NCBI GenBank assembly: GCA_046757525.1
Contig: JBHHYI010000134.1
Span: forward strand, 1-11,256
Length of the DNA: 11,256 nucleotides
DNA from: a bacterium
Lineage (GTDB): Bacteria; Zhuqueibacterota; Zhuqueibacteria; Oceanimicrobiales; Oceanimicrobiaceae
Direction: 5' to 3'
Shown: positions 1 through 6,275 of the stretch, one piece after another
Layout: every line of letters starts with the position of its first letter
Position numbering within the stretch: the stretch's first letter is position 1
The notes under the pieces: model-generated
The model's input: only the letters and a program-made list of their open reading frames with translations
Databases searched by the model: none
Told to the model about the DNA's origin: nothing
Position numbers and translations under genes: made by a program

Positions 1-148
1 TGTCATTCAGGAGGAATCCTGTTTGCTGGCTGCACAGTGCTGACCTGCAACAAGATGCCTCCTGCATGACAGGGCTGCCTTGGCGTTTCCATCATTTAAA
101 GCAACCCGTTTGCACCGGATTGCGGAAGATTTTAGGAAACCCTCCGCT
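1..148. repeat. Copy A of a ~148-bp direct repeat containing a 71-bp imperfect palindrome (REP/MITE-like); truncated by the window start
   Basis: 1-148 aligns with 513-661 (offset 512), nearly identical over the first ~100 bp. Arms tgtcattcaggaggaatcctgtt (1-23) and aacaagatgcctcctgcatgaca (49-71) pair at 20/23 positions. Confidence 0.9.
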
Positions 149-181
149 GAAGTGGAGCTGTCCAAAAGTCCTAACCACCTT

Positions 182-322
182 GTCATTTCGAGTCAGGCCG
201 TGGCCTGACGAGAAATCTTACCGCCACCGAACGTTCTTAATTTCCTGTTATCTTTTGGGAAAACAAGAACATCAGGGGCACCATCAGATTCCTCATCCGG
301 CAGCCGCCGGATTCGGAATGAC
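182..322. repeat. TGTC/CGTC-type REP-like palindromic doublet
   Basis: Left unit gtcatttcga-[hairpin gtcaggcc gt ggcctgac, 192-209]-gagaaatct. Right unit agattcctc-[hairpin atccggc agcc gccggat, 295-312]-tcggaatgac. The outer segments are mutually inverted. Confidence 0.8.
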
Positions 323-347
323 GGTTGTCGTCAGAGACAACCCTGGC

Positions 348-456
348 AGTCGTCCTGAGTAGGCCCGACCGCTTTTGGGTCGGGACATATCGAAGGGCGA
401 CGGCCGTCACCCCTCGATACGGTCACTTGGACAGCAGTGACCTACTCGGGATGACT
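348..456. repeat. REP-like palindromic element with cloverleaf architecture
   Basis: Outer arms agtcgtcctgagtagg (348-363) and cctactcgggatgact (441-456) pair at 14/16. Internal hairpins at 364-384 (cccgacc/ggtcggg), 388-419 (tatcga...tcgata) and 421-442 (ggtcact/agtgacc). Confidence 0.8.
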
Positions 457-512
457 CGCGCAGTGCTTTCAGGAAACGCCTGGCTGTCGCCGTCCTTTAT
501 TACAGCCTTTAG

Positions 513-661
513 TGTCATTCAGGAGGAATCCTGTTTGCTGGCTGCACAGTGCTGCCCCGTAACAAGATGCCTCCTGCATGACAGGGCTACCTTTGGCGTT
601 TCCGACGTTTAAAGCAATCCGGCAGTTGCCGGATTGCGAGGGCTTCTATGAAACGGCCGCT
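513..661. repeat. Copy B of the ~148-bp direct repeat
   Basis: Same 71-bp palindrome at 513-583, followed by the perfect inverted repeat gcaatccggca-gt-tgccggattgc (614-637), which is degenerate in copy A (101-123). Confidence 0.9.
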
Positions 662-701
662 TTCCAGAGGACACACCAACCAAAGCCAGCGTTTAAGTTT
701 T

Positions 702-2285
702 TCAGCTAGGCTCCAACGCAATTCCCACGGCCACGGCAAACCGCGGGCCCATTTTCTCCAGGGCGTACCGGTTGCATTGTTTTCTTTTGAGGACAGATTT
801 AAAAGGGTTCAATACGGCAACTTCTGCGTTTAGCGCCTGGCACAACCGTATATCCAGTTTTCTCAATAGAGCCCCGCCGCCAGTCAAATAGACTTTTTGC
901 AACGAATCATTGCAGAACTTTTCCTGGTAAAGCTGCGCCGTCTGTTTTATTTCATCGGCCAGCATGTTGAGCACGGGCTGCAAGGTAGCCGAAATCTGGT
1001 TCAAAAGGAGGCCTTCCCGGGTAAAGCCCTTCTTGTTGGCAGCGGGAAAACCGTAGGTTCTCTTGATTATTTCGGCCTGCTTGCGGGTTTGCTCCATTCC
1101 GATGTCGTGCCAGGAGAGGGCCCGGGTCAGGGCCCGGGTAAAGTGGTCGCCAGAGGTCTTCATGCCCCGGGCAAACAGCAGCCTACCGCGATGGACAAAT
1201 AGCATCCTGCTCGCATTAGCCCCGATGTCGATGATGGCGTAACTGCCCCTGGACTCTTTGCTCAAAATTAGAGCCGCAGCATTTGACAGAGCCACGGGCA
1301 CCGGAGAAATCTTAGCAGGTCGAAGGCCTGCCTCCTCAAACACCCGTAAGCGGCCAGCCAGGGCTTTGTATCTTCCGCCTAACACCAAAACGTCGCGCGT
1401 CGCGTCGGCCTTGTTGTTTTCTAAAACTCGATAGGCTATCTTATCGCCGCTGCCAACCGATAGCAACCCGTCGTGGTGGGCACGTTGCAAGAGATGGGTC
1501 AGCACCTCACGAGGCATGGCGGGCACCCGCAGGATTTGTGCAAACCCATGAAAGCCTGCAATCGCACCACACAACACGGCATTTTGCAGGTGTTCAGTTT
1601 TGAGGCTGCGGCGCAGAAGCTCAGCAATCATTTTTTGTCGATCTTCACCGTTGCTTCTTGCTGGCAAGCGAGGTAGGGGCCTGATGCCACAATCGATTAG
1701 CTCAATAGAGCCTCGGAAGGAAATCCCAAGCACCACGAACTTCAGCGACTGCGAACCGATGTCCAGGCCTATCACCTTGCGCGACTGGAAAAGCGCACCC
1801 AGGGAAAACTTTTTCCTGGCCGCAGCCGTTCTTTGCTTCCAGGGCGGTGGCGCCGCTTCTGGCACGGCAGCCTGGTGCACAGCAGGGTTCGTGTCAAAGA
1901 CTGGAACCACGGCCGGCTTCTGTTCGAATTCGGGTTCCGCAGGAACAACGAGTTCGATGGGCCGGGGCGGGCCTTCTGGCGAGGGTCGCAGCGCCTGGTC
2001 TTCAGCCGGGCGGCTGGCCTGGAACCAATCCTTTTGCGAGCTCTCTCTTGAATTCTCGTGCTCAAGGACGCGCACATTTCCTAAAGCATCCTCTGCCGGA
2101 GCCACGACCACATTTGCAGACCTTGATTCCTGGTTGTCATTTGTCCCGTTGTTGAGCCTTAAGAAATCGATATCGACTAAATGCGGTGAACCACCAGGAG
2201 ACTCACAAGGTGTGCCGTTTTCTCCTGACTGATTTCGCTTCGTGCGCAAATGCAGAAAATTGAGGTCTAAATTCTCGGGGTTCAT
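702..2285 (-). CDS. pilM: Type IV pilus assembly protein PilM-like (FtsA/actin-like ATPase fold) with a long disordered N-terminal extension
   Basis: IGLDIGSQSLK (phosphate-1), AIIDIGA (phosphate-2), VYLTGGGALL (adenosine), LNPF and the C-terminal GPRFAVAVGIAL are typical of PilM. The first ~160 aa are Pro/Glu/Ser/Asn-rich. The ATG lies 3 nt after the upstream ATPase stop. Confidence 0.82.
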   Translation of the reverse strand: MNPENLDLNFLHLRTKRNQSGENGTPCESPGGSPHLVDIDFLRLNNGTNDNQESRSANVVVAPAEDALGNVRVLEHENSRESSQKDWFQASRPAEDQALRPSPEGPPRPIELVVPAEPEFEQKPAVVPVFDTNPAVHQAAVPEAAPPPWKQRTAAARKKFSLGALFQSRKVIGLDIGSQSLKFVVLGISFRGSIELIDCGIRPLPRLPARSNGEDRQKMIAELLRRSLKTEHLQNAVLCGAIAGFHGFAQILRVPAMPREVLTHLLQRAHHDGLLSVGSGDKIAYRVLENNKADATRDVLVLGGRYKALAGRLRVFEEAGLRPAKISPVPVALSNAAALILSKESRGSYAIIDIGANASRMLFVHRGRLLFARGMKTSGDHFTRALTRALSWHDIGMEQTRKQAEIIKRTYGFPAANKKGFTREGLLLNQISATLQPVLNMLADEIKQTAQLYQEKFCNDSLQKVYLTGGGALLRKLDIRLCQALNAEVAVLNPFKSVLKRKQCNRYALEKMGPRFAVAVGIALEPS

Positions 2286-2288
2286 GCT

Positions 2289-3125
2289 CTAATCTATCGG
2301 CAAAAATCTCAAACTATTGAGCGAGAACTTGCCGTTGGAAATCTGCTTCAAATAATGATTTACCTCATATTCCACGGGGACCATAACCCCTATCTGCTCG
2401 AGCTCTTTTACGTTTTGAAAGACTTTCTCCGGCTGGTCATCAAAAACGATGGTCCCTCGATGCAAGATTAGCAAGCGATCAAACCCCAGCACCTCTTCTG
2501 CATATTGGGTAATGAAAAACGTGGCTACGCGGTTTAATGCTCCATTTTTCTTGTTCTGGGCCTGCATTTCCGCAATTAAAGCGAGAACCATTTTGCGCGA
2601 GGCAGGATCCAGAAGCGAGGTCGGTTCATCGAAAATCAGGTATTGCGGGGACATGGCCACCACCGCGGCCACGGCCAGGCGCTGCATTTCACCGCCGGAA
2701 AGCAGATGCGGCGGATGCTGGCGGTAGTGCAGCAGATTGAATCGAGTCAGCATGGCATCGACGATGTGGTGCATCTCTTCGTAAGGCACGCCCAGATTCT
2801 CCAGGCCAAAAGCAATTTCCCGCTCCACGGTAGTCGAAACGATCTGATTCTCCGGATTCTGAAAAACCATTCCGACGCGGCGGCGAATCTCAGGCAGGTT
2901 GCTCACAACACGAGTGTTCAAATCGTCCACCCAAACGTCGCCCTCGCTGGGCAGCAGCAGGCCGTTCAAACAGCGCGCCAGCGTGGTCTTGCCCGAACCG
3001 TTTGCCCCCATGACGGCAATAGATTCGCCCGCCTCAATGGTCAAATCGATGCCGTTCAAAACGCGCACGGCCTCAGACTCGTTTCTTTGGGGGTATTCGA
3101 AAACGAGGTTTCTGACTTTAATCAT
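2289..3125 (-). CDS. ecfA: Energy-coupling factor (ECF) transporter ATPase, EcfA/CbiO family
   Basis: Walker A GANGSGKTT, ECF-type Q-loop VFQNPENQIV followed by IAFGLENLG, signature LSGGE, Walker B YLIFDEP. Start moved to ATG 3125 (MIKVRNLVF); the longer ORF-track start lies inside a terminator hairpin. Confidence 0.9.
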   Translation of the reverse strand: MIKVRNLVFEYPQRNESEAVRVLNGIDLTIEAGESIAVMGANGSGKTTLARCLNGLLLPSEGDVWVDDLNTRVVSNLPEIRRRVGMVFQNPENQIVSTTVEREIAFGLENLGVPYEEMHHIVDAMLTRFNLLHYRQHPPHLLSGGEMQRLAVAAVVAMSPQYLIFDEPTSLLDPASRKMVLALIAEMQAQNKKNGALNRVATFFITQYAEEVLGFDRLLILHRGTIVFDDQPEKVFQNVKELEQIGVMVPVEYEVNHYLKQISNGKFSLNSLRFLPID

Positions 3126-3186
3126 TCTATTTAGCGTTTTGCATTGGTTCGAAAACACGACCTTTTCCGAAGAACCGGTGGTCCAC

Positions 3187-3215
3187 AATTTAGCGAATTT
3201 TGGAGCTTTTTCCAA
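3187..3215 (-). promoter_or_regulatory. Possible sigma70-type promoter for ecfA-pilM
   Basis: Minus strand TTGGAA (3215-3210), 17-bp spacer, TAAATT (3192-3187), just downstream of the terminator. Confidence 0.35.
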
Positions 3216-3224
3216 ACTGAAACT

Positions 3225-3255
3225 AAAAAAGCCCACACCTGAAGGCCGTGGGCTT
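3225..3255 (-). terminator. Rho-independent terminator
   Basis: Minus strand aagcccac-ggccttcaggt-gtgggctt-tttt: GC-rich stem running into six T residues. Confidence 0.75.
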
Positions 3256-3345
3256 GAGGACAGGAACTGGTATTCCCGGGCGTCCTGCCGTCTTCAGTTT
3301 TCACGAATATTTCAACACTGAAGGACACTGAAATCACCGAAGGTA

Positions 3346-3378
3346 AGACACCGACTTTTTCAAAAAAAGTCGGTGTCT
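3346..3378. repeat. Perfect 15-bp-arm palindrome (REP-like)
   Basis: agacaccgacttttt-caa-aaaaagtcggtgtct. Confidence 0.75.
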
Positions 3379-3589
3379 GGCGTGTCCCATGGATACTGGG
3401 TTGACCTTTCCGAATACCCTTTGACGCTTCTAATCGATTTCCAGGTGGAACAAGAAAATCTTTCGAAGTCTTAACATTTGTAGCTTTCTCAATGCGACAC
3501 GCTGAATGGCATTGGGAACTTTTTGCAAAACCGCGGATCAATTATCTTTTCCGTTTCTTTGCACTTGAACGACCTCTTACCATGCAAAA

Positions 3590-3617
3590 AATATATAAAC
3601 CTCAACTTAAATGTCAA
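3590..3617 (-). promoter_or_regulatory. Sigma70-type promoter
   Basis: Minus strand TTGACA (3617-3612), 16-bp spacer, TATATT (3595-3590). Confidence 0.6.
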
Positions 3618-3643
3618 GCGGAACTATTCTACACAATCCTAAA

Positions 3644-3739
3644 ACCTAACATACTACTCAATTCCGTCACAAAACCCATCCACTCATATTCAAGCCAAGC
3701 GCCGCGCTTAGACTGCGGGCTGCAGTTTAAGTGTTAAAG
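3644..3739 (-). other. Degenerate integron attC-like site
   Basis: Starts 1 nt after the stop of the SLOG-like gene: CTTTAAC-acttaa-ACTGCAGC ... ATTGAGT-agtat-GTTAGGT. R boxes and an L-box pair with one extra base are recognisable, but the left spacer is 6 nt and central pairing is poor. Confidence 0.3.
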
Positions 3740-3740
3740 C

Positions 3741-4260
3741 CTAAATGCTTGCTAGTTCTTCGCTCCAAATCTCTGCTCCTGATTTTATTAAATGCTGATT
3801 TTCTTGCACGTCGAAGGTAAGAATTCTTTTGCCCACTTCTAGATTTTTAGTAATCAGTGGTTGCAGTTTGCCCTTTGGTGAAACATAGGCCACAAACACC
3901 TCATCCGCTAATTCTGCCATGAATTCGTTTCTTTTGATAGCGGTTTCAGAGGTGATTCTTTTGACAGATTTCTCGAAGGGTGTAACGATGAGCAAACGAT
4001 TCTCCTCAATGGCGTGTTGGATTTCGGGTTCTATCTTGCTTTTCAAGCCTCTGGCTAAAGCGACGATGATGGGCTGCCGGCCCTTAAGCAAATAGTGCAA
4101 AACATCTTTTTCGATTTTTGAGTGAAAGCCGGAGATAACACAATTGCCAGATTCTCTTTGCGCAATGGCCCAGTCGTATGACTTTAAAACGACGCTTGCC
4201 GGGCATTTTTGTGAGCAGAGAAAATATTCTAAGTAAACCTAGTGAAATGAAATCGGACAT
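3741..4260 (-). pseudogene. DprA/SMF (SLOG-domain)-like protein with a +1 frameshift near the 5' end
   Basis: The frame of ORF 3741..4100 stays open to 4238 and reads FLCSQKCPASVVLKSYDWAIAQRESGNCVISGFHSKIEKDVLHYLL...RNEFMAELADEVFVAY, with SLOG-like VISG and RN..MA..AD motifs. It has no start codon before FLCS. ATG 4260 (MSDFISLGLLRI) joins it by a 1-nt shift in a TTTT run at 4221-4224. Confidence 0.65.
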
Positions 4261-4425
4261 GATTGAATTAAGCCATAACTTCTTCTTCGAATTCGACAAT
4301 TGAAACGGGTAATCTTCTGTATTTCCTTTACCCGCTTCGATTTCTTGAGTTGGTTTTAAACAATTTGAAGTTTTCAGTCTATTATTCGCAGATGTTAATA
4401 GGAGAAACTGCTTAAAGTTGAAATA

Positions 4426-4851
4426 TTAAAAGTTGAGGCCAAATCCTATGGGCCTGTATACCTCAACCTCGTGCCAGATACTAAGATCTATCTCAATTTC
4501 TGCTGGATCATATGGACAAGATAGTCGCGTGTTTTTATTATTCAATATTAAATCAATAGGCTCGGTAACCTTTCCTTCTTGCAGTTTTTGCTTCAGGTGT
4601 TCCCTGCCAAATTCATACAGTACCTTGCTCATACTTTCTCCTTCTTCTAATGCTGAATTTGCCTTTTTCCAGAAATACAAGCGAGAGCTTTGGAGTATGA
4701 CCTTGAATTCAATTTTTGTAGTTACAGATTTTTCTTCCAGAGTTCCTCGTTTATCTGTTGGAACAACGTCGGCTTGCAGTACAAGTTCTTTTCTGTGTGC
4801 GTTACGGGGCGTTATGTCATCAAAGCTCGTTATTCTATAGGAAAATTTCAT
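4426..4851 (-). CDS. Hypothetical protein (141 aa)
   Basis: Long ORF in AT-rich DNA. ATG 4851 (MKFSY) is preceded by AAGGA. No family recognised; ends in RPIGFGLNF. Confidence 0.75.
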   Translation of the reverse strand: MKFSYRITSFDDITPRNAHRKELVLQADVVPTDKRGTLEEKSVTTKIEFKVILQSSRLYFWKKANSALEEGESMSKVLYEFGREHLKQKLQEGKVTEPIDLILNNKNTRLSCPYDPAEIEIDLSIWHEVEVYRPIGFGLNF

Positions 4852-4923
4852 TATCCTTATTACCCTTTTAGTATTAGTTTCATACACTCAAACGCTTCAT
4901 CGAGTGTGAAGTGCTATCATATT

Positions 4924-5313
4924 TTATTTAGTAGTTTGATGCGGCCCCGTTAGATAATAACCCGCACTGGTTAGTGCTTTTTTAACCGCGTCTACCTGAC
5001 CGGGTGTTGCTCCGTTTTGTTTTGCGAAAGTAGTTGCTTCATCTCTCACTCTACGAATCGCTATCTTATCATCACGACTTGGAAGTGACCATTTCTTTGA
5101 AATTCCGTCTTTGAAACTAACTAATAACTCCTGACCGACAACTTGTGGAGTCGTCATTGGTCTAGTGGCTTTTTTCTTGCGAAGTTTTGCCCTTTCACTC
5201 ATATCTTTGTTTATCTTAAAAACACGTTCAAGGACATCATTTGGCGTTTCCCCAAACTTGCCCTTTTTAGCAATTGCATTCCAGACGTCGTCCGAAATCC
5301 GGATAGTTCTCAT
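4924..5313 (-). CDS. Putative ribbon-helix-helix (SeqA-N/antitoxin-like) DNA-binding protein with an unknown C-terminal domain
   Basis: Strong RBS AAGGAGG. N-terminus MRTIRISDDVWNAIAKKGKFGETPNDVLERVF has the alternating strand-helix-GET-helix pattern of RHH domains. Confidence 0.7.
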   Translation of the reverse strand: MRTIRISDDVWNAIAKKGKFGETPNDVLERVFKINKDMSERAKLRKKKATRPMTTPQVVGQELLVSFKDGISKKWSLPSRDDKIAIRRVRDEATTFAKQNGATPGQVDAVKKALTSAGYYLTGPHQTTK

Positions 5314-5342
5314 AACGGCCTCCTTGAAACTGAATAAACTTT

Positions 5343-5348
5343 ATTATA
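5343..5348 (-). promoter_or_regulatory. -10 element for the RHH-like gene
   Basis: Perfect TATAAT on the minus strand ~30 nt upstream of the ATG; no good -35 element. Confidence 0.4.
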
Positions 5349-5389
5349 CTATCACAATATTTTCCCTAATTTAACATTTTATTGGAAAA

Positions 5390-5495
5390 AGGAATCCCTA
5401 TCAGAAGATAAAATCTTGGGTTAGGAAAAAATGCTAACAAAGTGTGGCGACCTACTTCTCTTCAGTTTGAATTTGTGGAAATAGGAATCCCTATT
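5390..5495. promoter_or_regulatory. Two copies of a 12-bp quasi-palindromic site (candidate operator)
   Basis: aggaatccctat at 5390-5401 and 5483-5494; the second extends to aatagg-aatc-cctatt (5480-5495). Confidence 0.4.
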
Positions 5496-5520
5496 TGACA
5501 AAAAAATCAATCAATCTTTT

Positions 5521-5781
5521 TCATATTATGGTTACAGTTAATGGATAAGTTCCATCAGATTGGCGTCTCTTAAGCCTATATCCTGTAATGTCAATTACAT
5601 CCGAAGTTTGGCTCGCTACAAGAATTGATGTTGCTAATTCAATAGCTTGTTCTGTATTCAATGTTATGCCAATAGCCTTTAAATCTGACATCATTTTTAT
5701 TTTTGAATTCTCCCTTGGGTAAATCTTTTCGCATCTTAAATTTGTTCTAATTTGAATTTTCTTTATTGACCTTCTTGGCAT
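5521..5781 (-). CDS. Hypothetical small basic protein (86 aa)
   Basis: ATG preceded by AAGGAG at normal spacing; uninterrupted ORF in AT-rich DNA. Confidence 0.75.
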   Translation of the reverse strand: MPRRSIKKIQIRTNLRCEKIYPRENSKIKMMSDLKAIGITLNTEQAIELATSILVASQTSDVIDITGYRLKRRQSDGTYPLTVTII

Positions 5782-5842
5782 TGGTTATCTCCTTGATTTA
5801 AATGTGAACTTTGGGAACGCTGTAAACAGTATATACAGAGAC

Positions 5843-6249
5843 TCACGGATTGGTCGTCCAAAGCTCAATCTCTCGCACCAGCGCTTGTAGCGGCAGGCTC
5901 GCCAAATGTAAAATCGCTTCAGCCCCACCCTCGGTACGCAGGTGCACGCGGTGGCCTTCTTTCGGGACTTTTTCAGGGTCGACTACCCAGACCCGGACTC
6001 ACCACGATGACTCAAACGTTGAACTTGCGTACCTCGTACAACAGCGACTGAGCAAAGCCCATGAAACCAAACTTGGACGTACAGTAGGCGGGCCCGCAAA
6101 GGTCTGCGCGTTTGCCAGAAGTGGAAGAAATTATTACGATGGTACCTGACTTTTGTTTGATCATGACCGGCAGGAAAGCCTTGCTGACGAGAAAAAGACC
6201 GCGTAGGTTTGTATTTATTACTTTATCCCAATCCTTCAAGCGCAGTTCT
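5843..6249 (-). pseudogene. Short-chain dehydrogenase/reductase (SDR) pseudogene, 3' half only
   Basis: DWDKVINTNLRG, IVIISSTSG and catalytic YCTSK. TGA at 6012-6014 interrupts NV*VIVVSPG. After a frameshift near 5985-5995 the sequence continues AEAILHLASLPLQALVREIELWTTNP to a stop at 5843-5845. The N-terminal Rossmann motif is absent. Confidence 0.85.
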
Positions 6250-6275
6250 AGCTTGTGGTCTCATCGAGCCTCCAG

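Noticed and set aside
1..661. CRISPR array or c-di-GMP riboswitch interpretation of the repeats
   Set aside because: Units are long, heterogeneous and irregularly spaced, with no cas genes in the window. The resemblance to the GEMM motif lacked the GNRA tetraloop and conserved core.
66..833. Plus-strand ORFs 66..362, 325..612 and 648..833
   Set aside because: They run through palindromic repeats or antisense to pilM, with no recognisable domain.
1118..1141. 12-bp tandem repeat (gggcccgggt units) inside pilM
   Set aside because: It simply encodes TRALTRAL in frame, two copies only.
1600..3321. Long plus-strand ORFs (1600..2232, 2643..3134, 2899..3321)
   Set aside because: Antisense shadows of well-supported minus-strand genes in GC-rich DNA.
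3131..3541. 136-aa minus-strand ORF as a real gene
   Set aside because: TTG start without a clear RBS; it crosses a REP-like palindrome and a terminator; no domain recognised. Kept only as an alternative in the findings.
4084..4299. 71-aa ORF as an independent gene
   Set aside because: Better explained as the out-of-frame 5' end of the SLOG-like gene.
5369..5396. dif/XerD-like arm (aaatgttaaat on the minus strand)
   Set aside because: No XerC arm at the right spacing; expected by chance in AT-rich DNA.
5820..5838. LexA-box-like ctgt...acag
   Set aside because: The spacer is 11 nt, not the 8 nt of the CTGT-N8-ACAG box.
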